A stretch of 24,920 bases of DNA from an uncultured Nitrosopumilaceae archaeon (GCA_964475825.1 CAYYXT010000014.1:1-24920); one strand, 5' to 3'; positions 1 through 7,271 are shown, counted from the stretch's first letter. Program-made: numbers and translations. Notes: generated from the sequence alone by a model not told the origin.

Positions 1-501
1 GCAGTTTCTGCAAAAACAAGACTAAGCATAATGCCAAGATACTAGACAGGATTATGTTGAATAAAACTAGAACCTAAATCCTTAAGTTGATATAAAATTT
101 AGAAATTGGTAATGAGTAAAACATCAAACAAAGCGAAAAAAATAACAAAGGCAGTAAATAAGGCTAAATCAAAAAAGTAGTTTATTTTCCTAAACAATGT
201 TCTGCAAGATTGGTAACTGTAATCTTTATTATTATAACTCTGACAGGTTTCAAGTCAAATGATCTAAATATTGATTACAAACAATCCCTCCTAAAAATAA
301 TTAATTTTCTAATCATTGTCGTTTTCTTTCTATTTAGATTAACTAATCTCAAGTTTATGAAATCGTTGATACAAATATCATACCATTCTCAGTCAAACCA
401 ACATTAATTTTGGATTTATCAATTATTGATTCAGCAAACCTTTTTTTCTCTAGCCCAACAATAATTCATACTACATCTACAATCTAATGAAGATTATGAA
501 A

Positions 502-568
502 GATTGTTCTAAACTCTTTTCATAGCCTCAAAAACTTAACTTTTTGACAAAATTAACTCAGGAATTTA
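502..568 (+). repeat. Intergenic repeat family, short copy A
   Basis: It shares the 5' module gatt(g)ttctaaactctttt with the long copies at 1521 and 2913. It also shares a 34-nt core (527..560, ctcaaaaacttaactttttgacaaaattaactca) with copy B, 31/34 identical by manual alignment. Confidence 0.6.
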
Positions 569-573
569 CTATC

Positions 574-810
574 TCAAGGAAAAGGATTTTCTATTTCTAT
601 TTTAGATGTCTCGTTCATTATACTTGAGGATATCAATTCTGCTCCTGATACAACATCTGCGCCATTCACCTGAGAGATTGCATCCTTTGCAGAAACAACA
701 GATAGGTCAACTGTAGGTTTTGCAAGCTCAAATACGTTTGTGAAAAGGAATACAACTATTATTGTAACACCTGCGATACCCATTCCAACGTATGTTCCCT
801 TTTTACTCAT
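574..810 (-). CDS. Hypothetical small membrane-anchored protein (78 aa)
   Basis: ATG-initiated ORF with a short basic N-terminus (MSKKGTY) followed by one hydrophobic helix (GMGIAGVTIIVVFLFTNVF). No recognisable domain. Its 3' end abuts repeat copy A. Confidence 0.45.
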   Translation of the reverse strand: MSKKGTYVGMGIAGVTIIVVFLFTNVFELAKPTVDLSVVSAKDAISQVNGADVVSGAELISSSIMNETSKIEIENPFP

Positions 811-1067
811 AGACTAACAATTGATTTAGTAGAGTAAATCATAATTGAGTAATGCTGACAAATTTGTATGTAAACATGACACATTAGTATGTCAATACGA
901 CATAATTGTAAGCGTGGCTTAATAGATGTAGAAGGAAAGAAAGTACCTGAACGATAAAGAAAACAAACTAGCAACACTTCAAAAGAAAATAGATGAAGTT
1001 TATGCAAAAAATACAACACACATTAAAAGTTTATCAGAAAATGGATAGCCATAATTGAATCATTAAA

Positions 1068-1132
1068 TTCTAAATCAAATAGTTTTCCAGTCTCAAAAAC
1101 TCAATTTTTTGACAAAATCAACTCATGATTTA
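1068..1132 (+). repeat. Intergenic repeat family, short copy B
   Basis: ttctaaat module plus the 34-nt core at 1092..1125 (ctcaaaaactcaattttttgacaaaatcaactca), which matches copy A at 31/34 positions. Same orientation as the other copies; lies 44 nt upstream of the ORF at 1177. Confidence 0.6.
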
Positions 1133-1176
1133 GATCATTTGGATTAACTTTGTATCTATGAAATCATAGTTAAGAC

Positions 1177-1458
1177 ATGAATGGAACCATCATTGCTTTG
1201 ATAGTTGGAGTAATAGTTGGAATAGTTTCCACCGTAATAGTCACTTCGATGATACAAGGTGATTCATCATTGAAAGAAGATTTTGATTTAGAAAAAATAA
1301 AGCAGATAAATGAAATGAATGGTTGTTTAGAATTAAAAAAAGAATATCAGTTAATTAAGAAATATGATTCGGTTCTAGAACACTCTGATTTGTATCTAGA
1401 GGCACTGCAAGACAGAGCAAAAGAAATTGTGAAATTCCCAGTGAAATGTGAGTTGTGA
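1177..1458 (+). CDS. Hypothetical small membrane-anchored protein (93 aa)
   Basis: ATG ORF with an N-terminal TM helix (IIALIVGVIVGIVSTVIVTSMI) followed by a charged helical tail. No recognisable domain. Confidence 0.5.
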   Translation: MNGTIIALIVGVIVGIVSTVIVTSMIQGDSSLKEDFDLEKIKQINEMNGCLELKKEYQLIKKYDSVLEHSDLYLEALQDRAKEIVKFPVKCEL

Positions 1459-1520
1459 GTCAGTTGACAGAATCACATATGAGAAAGAAACTGAAAAACT
1501 CTAATACTTCATAATCCTTA

Positions 1521-1677
1521 GATTCTAAACTCTTTTTGTCTTCCTAAAACTAAGTGAAACTAGAGTAATCATGAAGATTTTTTCTCAAAATAGAATCAAA
1601 AAATTTTCTATGTTTCATGCCTGAAAAATTGGTAATGATATAAAACTTGTTTGGTAAACTTTTATTGAAACCTATTT
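1521..1677 (+). repeat. Intergenic repeat family, long copy C (157 nt)
   Basis: Direct repeat of 2913..3066. Manual alignment gives 9 substitutions plus one 3-nt indel in a T run. It begins with gattctaaactc. Confidence 0.9.
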
Positions 1678-1896
1678 CTCAAGAGTTGAAATATGCAGAA
1701 AAAGCACAGAATACAGAAAAAGATAAACCAAAAAAACAGTGTTTCCTGTTTTGGTGTAATTAAGATATTTTCTTTTTTAATTCTGAAATAAGATATCTCA
1801 TTATTTGATTAAATGAATAATGGGAAGTTCATAAAGTGTTCTACATACTCTTTCTTTTTCCAAATAGAAAAATACAGGTCAGATGACTAGATAATA

Positions 1897-2097
1897 TTGG
1901 TAAACCCACTGGATACGACACTTGAAGCGTTGCAGAACATACAGGATGCAATAGATGAAATAAAGGTGAGAAAAAACATCACACCAGAAAAAGAAACGCT
2001 TCAAGATTATGACAAGATCATAAAACATCTTGAGGATTCTATATCAGATATGATTAATGCTGTTGTAATATTTCAGAAGTATGATAAGGCTTTGTGA
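1897..2097 (+). CDS. Hypothetical helical protein (66 aa), TTG start
   Basis: The ORF depends on a TTG start and has no in-frame ATG near its 5' end. The product looks amphipathic and helical. It overlaps the convergent ORF 2054..2242 by 44 nt, so at most one of the two may be real. Confidence 0.3.
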   Translation: MVNPLDTTLEALQNIQDAIDEIKVRKNITPEKETLQDYDKIIKHLEDSISDMINAVVIFQKYDKAL

Positions 2098-2242
2098 ATG
2101 ACTCTATTGTCCCAAAATAATTACAGTTTTTGCACCTGTAAAATGCAGTTCCACTAGAATGTGTTGCAATTGTCTCAGGTTCGTTCTTTGAGCAGTCCTG
2201 TTTGAAATAGTCGTGCTTACTTGCCATGTTTATTATGTACAA
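2054..2242 (-). CDS. Hypothetical small Cys/His protein (62 aa; alternative start at 2227)
   Basis: ORF contains C-x9-H...C-x2-C (DCSKNEPETIATH...RCKNCNYFG), which could be a zinc-binding knuckle. No family recognised. It overlaps 1897..2097. Confidence 0.3.
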   Translation of the reverse strand: MYIINMASKHDYFKQDCSKNEPETIATHSSGTAFYRCKNCNYFGTIESFTKPYHTSEILQQH

Positions 2243-2512
2243 AATTTGTATTTAATCTTGATCATATGCTCTGTTGACTATTCCCAACAATACCATTAAG
2301 AAATGATTCTTTCTTTTTATTGTAGAAGAGTAAAACCATGATAGAAAAAATAACTGTGGTGGTTGAACCATACGTGATAAAAAGTAAAGAATAGAGCACC
2401 AGATTACTAGTGTTTAGAGAATGACTAAACAAATTTTTGTCAATTTTCCAGGAATGTTATTTGGAAGAAAATAAGCTAGTGTAATAAACGTCATCTTTCT
2501 TTAGAGTAATCC

Positions 2513-2920
2513 GTGAAAATAATCATGCTAATTGGCATTCCTGGTTGTGGCAAAACTACTTTTTGCAAGAAATTTTTTCCAGATCTTATCCGAATCTCGC
2601 GCGATGATATTGGCAATACAAAAAAAGAACGCCAATTAATTGAAAAACAACTTCAAGATAACCATGATTTTATAATTGATGACATTAATCATACTAGAAA
2701 TATTTGTCTGACAATCATTGAAAAGGCAAAAATATACAACGCTCAGATAACAGGAATATTTTTTGATTTTAGCTTAGAAAGATGCTTGCAACAAAATTTA
2801 AAACGGGAAAAACCATTATCTGATGCTGCCCTTGGACGTAGAAATAAAGAATTGGAACCCCCTTCTTTGAATGAAGGATTTGATTTTATTCAAAGACTAG
2901 ATGATGGTTTTGGATTCTAA
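2513..2920 (+). CDS. P-loop NTPase, polynucleotide-kinase/AAA_33-like small kinase (135 aa)
   Basis: GTG start placed so that a beta strand and Walker A sit at the N-terminus (MKIIMLIGIPGCGKTT). An RISRDDI motif follows, then an FIIDDINHTR Walker-B-like strand and an LKREKPL lid-like segment. This layout is typical of T4-Pnk-type kinase domains. Confidence 0.7.
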   Translation: MKIIMLIGIPGCGKTTFCKKFFPDLIRISRDDIGNTKKERQLIEKQLQDNHDFIIDDINHTRNICLTIIEKAKIYNAQITGIFFDFSLERCLQQNLKREKPLSDAALGRRNKELEPPSLNEGFDFIQRLDDGFGF

Positions 2921-3066
2921 ACTCTTGTCTTCCTAAAATTTAATGAAACTAGAGTAACTACGAAGATTTTTTCTCAAAATAGAATCAAAAAATTTTGTAT
3001 GTTTCATGCCTGAAAAATTGGTAATGACATAAAAGTTGTTTGGTAAACTTTTATTGAAACCTATTT
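2913..3066 (+). repeat. Intergenic repeat family, long copy D (154 nt)
   Basis: Direct repeat of 1521..1677. It starts inside the last codons and stop of the kinase ORF (gga ttc taa) and ends 64 nt upstream of the nuclease ORF. Confidence 0.9.
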
Positions 3067-3130
3067 TACAGAAATCTCTTGATAATATCTCCTAAAACCT
3101 ATATCATCATAATTCCCAAAGAAAAATAAT

Positions 3131-3781
3131 ATGAAATTCAATCAAAATATGCTATCTGGGCTAAATGGAATTATTCCTGGTGGTATTTCTGTTAAAGATT
3201 TTATTGCAATTACAAAAACAAATGCTGTTGATTCACAAAAAATTCTAGATGGGTATATTAAAACTGGAATTGGAACAAAACAAGAAAACAAGTATTATTT
3301 TGAAGACGGTGATAAACTGAAAGCTGCAATTGAATTAATAAAAAATGGCGGTCCGCTAGATGAACTTTCAATTATGCTTAACTGGAAGGATTTTGAGGGG
3401 TTAGTTGCTGAAATTTTATACTCAAAAAACTTTGCAATTATAAAAAATCTAATTCTCACCAAACCCAGAATGGAAATTGATGTCATTGGTATACGATTAG
3501 GTATTGCTATGCTAATTGATTGTAAACATTGGAAACGTTACAGTTCTTCGACGTTATCTTCTGCAGTGAAAAAACAGATTGCAAGGACAAAACATTACAT
3601 TTTAAAAACTCCGGGCGCCATAGCTGTGCCTGTAATCGTAACTTTATACCACGATAAGGTAGATTTCATAGACAGAGTACCTGTAGTTCCAATTTTTCAA
3701 TTTTCATCGTTTGTAGATGAATTTTATGGTAACCTTGATCAAATGAACACTATAGGAACACAATATGACAATTTCAAATAA
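3131..3781 (+). CDS. PD-(D/E)xK nuclease, Mrr-cat/restriction-endonuclease-like, with an N-terminal putative wHTH region (216 aa)
   Basis: WKDFEGLVAEIL resembles the conserved Mrr_cat N-terminal helix. MEIDVIG supplies the acidic residue, and MLIDCKHWKR gives the D-x-K motif. The spacing fits a PD-(D/E)xK core. Confidence 0.6.
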   Translation: MKFNQNMLSGLNGIIPGGISVKDFIAITKTNAVDSQKILDGYIKTGIGTKQENKYYFEDGDKLKAAIELIKNGGPLDELSIMLNWKDFEGLVAEILYSKNFAIIKNLILTKPRMEIDVIGIRLGIAMLIDCKHWKRYSSSTLSSAVKKQIARTKHYILKTPGAIAVPVIVTLYHDKVDFIDRVPVVPIFQFSSFVDEFYGNLDQMNTIGTQYDNFK

Positions 3782-3816
3782 AGTAATAACTAGTTTAAAG
3801 TTGTAATTTATTCAAG

Positions 3817-4017
3817 TTACGTCAAATTAATAACAGCTTCAAAAATTCCAGGTTCGATTACCAATCCATAGTCTTTTTCATCTTGCTGTTGAGAATTATG
3901 ACATTTACAATTACACTCTTTATTTCTGATATCTTCACAAAAACAGATTACATGACTTTGTCAATTCTTTGTAAACGTGATTACGCTATACGCACATTTA
4001 CATGATGGTAAGAACAT
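3817..4017 (-). pseudogene. Cys-rich (CxC) 66-codon reading frame interrupted by one in-frame TGA
   Basis: Manual translation gives MFLPSCKCAYSVITFTKN-TGA-QSHVICFCEDIRNKECNCKCHNSQQQDEKDYGLVIEPGIFEAVINLT. The TGA is at 3961..3963. The downstream part has no start codon of its own. Motifs present are CKC, CFC and CNCKCH. Confidence 0.3.
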
Positions 4018-4123
4018 CAAACAAACCATACCAAAATGACCACAAAACACAATTTTATGAATTGGATAAGATATGATTATTACCTGATTAAACTTAAAAA
4101 GGAAAACTGTTATTACTTTATGA

Positions 4124-4547
4124 TTGAGTGTCGAAAGTAAAAATCATCGTTTTAAAGAACTTGAGCAAGAAAACTTGCGGTTCATAGAAAAGATGAATAC
4201 ACATCTTGAAAAAATGGATAAAAAAAACACAAAGATTCTAGACACATTCAATCAAGATACTAAAACCCCCTAGTGATAATTAAGAGTTATACTGATATGC
4301 TTCTTGAGGATAAATTTGGGACTATTAATGAAATTCAACGTGAAAAATTAATGCGAATGAAAGAAAGTATTGAATCACTAATTAATGCAATTTTTGAAAC
4401 TGCTGAAAAAAAGCAAGTACCATAATTCAAGGAAAGATAAAGGATATTGGAAAAATAAAAACCGAAACTAGAGAAGTTAATCTAAACGCTGATAACAAGA
4501 GATTTTGGATTGAAACTCCATATCCACGGAGTAGTTTGATATTGTAA
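4124..4547 (+). pseudogene. HisKA/DHp-like reading frame (about 141 codons if repaired), split over three frames at homopolymer runs
   Basis: Frame 1 (4124..4273) ends ...KILDTFNQDTKTP. Frame 2 (4270..4425) reads LVIIKSYTDMLLEDKFGTINEIQREKLMRMKESIESLINAIFETAEKK. Joined, FNQDTKTPLVIIKSYTDMLL parallels the HisKA H-box xSHELRTPLxxIxGYxxxL, with Gln in place of the phospho-His. Frame 3 (4407..4547) has no start codon of its own. The breaks fall in C5 (4266..4270) and A7 (4406..4412). Confidence 0.5.
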
Positions 4548-4702
4548 TGGTTTTTGTGTCCGTTCAATGTCATAATATCATGCAAATGAAGTGTGCAATT
4601 TGTGGGTGTTTCCCAGAGGATTGTAAGAGAAGTAAATCTAACGAAGAATGTCTAAATTGTACTTTAGATGAATGCTGTTGTTTAATGCAGATCAATAGTT
4701 AA
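4547..4702 (+). CDS. Cys-rich micro-protein (51 aa, 10 Cys)
   Basis: Manual translation gives MVFVSVQCHNIMQMKCAICGCFPEDCKRSKSNEECLNCTLDECCCLMQINS. Its ATG overlaps the stop of the preceding frame as TAATG (4545..4549). It is below the length cutoff of the ORF track. Confidence 0.4.
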   Translation: MVFVSVQCHNIMQMKCAICGCFPEDCKRSKSNEECLNCTLDECCCLMQINS

Positions 4703-4883
4703 TCATAATTTTAGTTTTCAGATCATAACCTTTACGACCCACAGCATGTTTCTACGAACAAATCGGGGGTTAACCATTTTTACTGATTGTCAATAAACTT
4801 GTTTACACTTGTGGTTCAAAAAATAATTCCGTAATCATACACATTTGTGTTCAAAATTCAATAATTAGTCGATATTTGTTTAC

Positions 4884-6623
4884 TTATAGGAACAAAGTAA
4901 TTATGAATAATGTGACACTTCCAATCATGAATCCCTTTGTTATTTTTAGGGAATTATCTAATGCTTTGGAATAATCCTCGTATATTCCCTCTCCCATAAC
5001 TTTTACATCTGTCTCATTTTCCAAAATTTCAAATTTTGCTGATGTTGTTTTTGATTCTGCATTCTTTGCAATTTCCAAAAACCACTTGGATATTTTTTCT
5101 GCACCCGTGATCAATCCTAATTGATAATATCCATTTCTGTTTCTGGCTTTAACTGGGGCATAGTGTGTATCTGAAGTACAAATTTCTAATAATTGATATC
5201 CTCTCTTTACAAAATTCTCTACAATTTTTTCTCTTACTCCATTTTCCATATTGTTTGCATCTGCCCATCCAAGAAAGAATTTCTTGTCATTAATTTTTAG
5301 GCATACTATTCCTAGACCCCCCATTCCTAAATCCTCTGTCCATACATCCATACTGTCTGAATTTGCATAGCCAAATTCTATGGTATAACTATCCTTTGTA
5401 ATTAAAGAATCCAGACAAGACTTTGCTGCTTTTAGCATATCTTCTCCGTCTTCTTTTGAAATTTCCTCACCCATTGCATTATGGCAATCGACAATCAATA
5501 TTCTGGTATAGTTTCTATTTTTGGCATACTGTTCGATTTCTTTTTTCATATAGTTTGGAATATCTTCCATACCATGTGGTGATAACGAGAGAAACAATAG
5601 TGGATTATTTCCAAAGAGTAAACCTGTGACTCTGGCTTTGTTAATTTGAACAGTTACTGGTTCTGTGCATACGAGTCCCTCTTCTTTGACTATGCTTCTG
5701 TCTAGATTTTTCAAATAGTTTTCAACTTCATTTTTTGATGGAAGGTTTAACGAGTGATCTGAAATACTATGCATGATCATTGCTGAAGAATCTAGATTTT
5801 TGTAAATCAAATATGGTATATTGCTTCCTCCGACTGGATGATATGGGCCTGGATGAATCTCAGGTAATACCATCCTAAATTCTGTGTTTCCATTTGATGA
5901 ACGAAGTCTTATTTGAGATGTAGATACTTTAGTTTTATATGAACGCTGTTCGATGATCTCTTCAGCTTCTGTAAAATCATTGCCTTGTGATGCCAAGTAT
6001 GCTTGTATTGTTTTGTGTGTGCTCTCCATACCTGGTCTTCCAGCTCTGTCTGTTAATACAGACCAAACACTGGCAATTATCAAAAACACTGCTCCAAATC
6101 CTATTGCCATTGGATTTGTCAACATCGAACCCCACATGTCATAAGGAATCATTACTAAGAACATGGCAAGTGGTTGCACCATGCATATGGCCCATGCTTT
6201 TCTAATGCTTGTACCTAACGTTGTGGTGAAAATCCCAATTCTAAAACTAGCAAATAGAAACATTCCATACGTTACAAAGAACAATGACGTATCTTTTGCT
6301 AGTACAACACTTGCAAGTAACCCCATTAGTAATATTGCAATCCACAACATATTTCCAAAAAGCGACGCGTGTAGCGATTTTGAATACTCTTTTTTTCTGG
6401 TAAAACGTGTATCGATTAACTGGGTTAATGCTAATATTCCGATTACAACTGGAATTCTAAACCAAATTTCATCTGAACCCAGATATCCAAAATAAACTGT
6501 AGCTGTAATTACTGCTGCAATTACTAATGATCCTACCAGAGAAAAGTAATGTGATGCTGGATTGATTAATGTAAGGGAAAACCTATTGTGTATATTTGAA
6601 ACATCATTTGAAGATTTTTCCAT
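4884..6623 (-). CDS. Polytopic membrane protein with a large soluble C-terminal domain (579 aa), DUF2070-like archaeal family
   Basis: A long uninterrupted ORF with about 6-7 N-terminal TM helices, a roughly 350-aa soluble domain and a terminal TM helix (GSVTLFIITLFL). The architecture and length match my recollection of archaeal DUF2070/COG3356, but the family name is unverified. Confidence 0.75.
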   Translation of the reverse strand: MEKSSNDVSNIHNRFSLTLINPASHYFSLVGSLVIAAVITATVYFGYLGSDEIWFRIPVVIGILALTQLIDTRFTRKKEYSKSLHASLFGNMLWIAILLMGLLASVVLAKDTSLFFVTYGMFLFASFRIGIFTTTLGTSIRKAWAICMVQPLAMFLVMIPYDMWGSMLTNPMAIGFGAVFLIIASVWSVLTDRAGRPGMESTHKTIQAYLASQGNDFTEAEEIIEQRSYKTKVSTSQIRLRSSNGNTEFRMVLPEIHPGPYHPVGGSNIPYLIYKNLDSSAMIMHSISDHSLNLPSKNEVENYLKNLDRSIVKEEGLVCTEPVTVQINKARVTGLLFGNNPLLFLSLSPHGMEDIPNYMKKEIEQYAKNRNYTRILIVDCHNAMGEEISKEDGEDMLKAAKSCLDSLITKDSYTIEFGYANSDSMDVWTEDLGMGGLGIVCLKINDKKFFLGWADANNMENGVREKIVENFVKRGYQLLEICTSDTHYAPVKARNRNGYYQLGLITGAEKISKWFLEIAKNAESKTTSAKFEILENETDVKVMGEGIYEDYSKALDNSLKITKGFMIGSVTLFIITLFL

Positions 6624-6629
6624 GTCCTA

Positions 6630-6797
6630 TCACGGAGCTAAAAATATATCCACTAACCATGAAACCACAATTAAGCTAATTGGGATTGAAACAACAATTT
6701 TTGGATCAACCTTGAATCCTTTAGTCTCGTCCTCAAAGAATCTCATGAGACCTCCACTTGATGCTGGTAGTGGTGCTCCTTTCTTTTTACTGCTCAT
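6630..6797 (-). CDS. secG: Preprotein translocase subunit Sec61beta (archaeal SecG), 55 aa
   Basis: Not in the ORF track because it is shorter than 60 aa. Manual translation gives MSSKKKGAPLPASSGGLMRFFEDETKGFKVDPKIVVSIPISLIVVSWLVDIFLAP. This shows the hallmark basic N-terminus, the GLxRFF(E/D)E motif and a single C-terminal TM tail anchor. Confidence 0.8.
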   Translation of the reverse strand: MSSKKKGAPLPASSGGLMRFFEDETKGFKVDPKIVVSIPISLIVVSWLVDIFLAP

Positions 6798-6834
6798 TGC
6801 TGTTTTTCAAAGCTTGAATTTTGACATAAATACT

Positions 6835-7167
6835 TTATTGTTTGTGCTTCACCTTTTCCATTGTTTCTATGAGGGAATTAATTGATCTTAGAATCTCTTG
6901 TTGCTTTTCATAATTGGTTTCTTGTTCTAATTCTTTGGATAATTCGGATAATTTTTTTCCTAATATAGTCTCTAGTCCTGTTTTTTCTGTCTGTTGCTTG
7001 ACTTCAACAGGGATCTCTTTTTTTTCAGGCTCTCTGCCACAACTGATGCATAATGCATGACCTTCCTTCATTACTCTTACCCCTGAACAGTATGGACATG
7101 GCTCACTTAGCAAAGTTGCTCCTTTCAATAGCATTTCTGCTGCCTTTTTTGTAAGATCTTTTGACAT
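6835..7167 (-). CDS. UPF0148 / autoantigen-p27-like zinc-ribbon protein (110 aa)
   Basis: AAEMLLKGATLLSEPCPYCSGVRVMKEGHALCISCG matches the conserved archaeal UPF0148 N-terminus (LLxGATMLxxxCPxC...CxxCG). A coiled-coil tail follows. Confidence 0.8.
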   Translation of the reverse strand: MSKDLTKKAAEMLLKGATLLSEPCPYCSGVRVMKEGHALCISCGREPEKKEIPVEVKQQTEKTGLETILGKKLSELSKELEQETNYEKQQEILRSINSLIETMEKVKHKQ

Positions 7168-7271
7168 ATGCTAAGTTAGTATTTCTCTCTAAAAAATACA
7201 ATTATTTTGCATTTTTATTCATATCTCAAACAAGGCTTAATAGTGCGTAAAATCGGAATGATTTAGAACGT

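Noticed and set aside
210-407. The 65-aa plus-strand ORF (TTG start)
   Set aside because: It depends on a TTG start, has an Ile/Phe/Leu-rich composition expected by chance in AT-rich DNA, and shows no motif. It is not excluded, but it is not supportable.
807-1019. The 70-aa minus-strand ORF
   Set aside because: The product is low-complexity and rich in Phe, Leu, Cys and Ile, typical of random AT-rich frames, with no motif. The plus strand here carries only a startless coiled-coil-like fragment (ENKLATLQKKIDEVYAKNTTHIKSLSENG), possibly another gene remnant but too weak to call.
1568-1626. A C/D-box sRNA inside the long repeat (AUGAAGA ... CUGA about 50 nt apart)
   Set aside because: The C-box-like heptamer already deviates from RUGAUGA and becomes ACGAAGA in the second copy. 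No C'/D' pair and no terminal stem flank the boxes.
1521-3066. The 157-nt repeat pair as the template and variable repeats of a diversity-generating retroelement
   Set aside because: The 9 mismatches are mostly T/C transitions plus two C/G, one A/T and one A/G, and are not concentrated at adenines of one copy. No reverse transcriptase gene is present. Neither copy lies in the 3' end of a plausible target gene, apart from a few nt of the kinase stop region.
502-3066. A CRISPR array
   Set aside because: The repeats are 65-157 nt long, diverged and irregularly spaced (about 0.4-1.4 kb), with ORFs between them. No cas genes are present.
3295-3486. The 63-aa minus-strand ORF inside the nuclease gene
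   Set aside because: It is antisense to the ORF carrying the PD-(D/E)xK motifs and has low-complexity composition.
3961-3963. The in-frame TGA as a selenocysteine codon
   Set aside because: No obvious SECIS-like hairpin lies nearby. To my knowledge Sec machinery is not a feature of Thaumarchaeota. A nonsense mutation or sequencing error is more parsimonious.
5423-6495. Plus-strand ORFs inside the DUF2070-like gene (5423..5629, 5953..6144, 5987..6205, 6163..6495)
   Set aside because: They are antisense shadows of a long, well-supported minus-strand gene.
6562-6885. The 107-aa plus-strand ORF
   Set aside because: It is antisense to the well-supported Sec61beta gene and overlaps the ends of two minus-strand genes.
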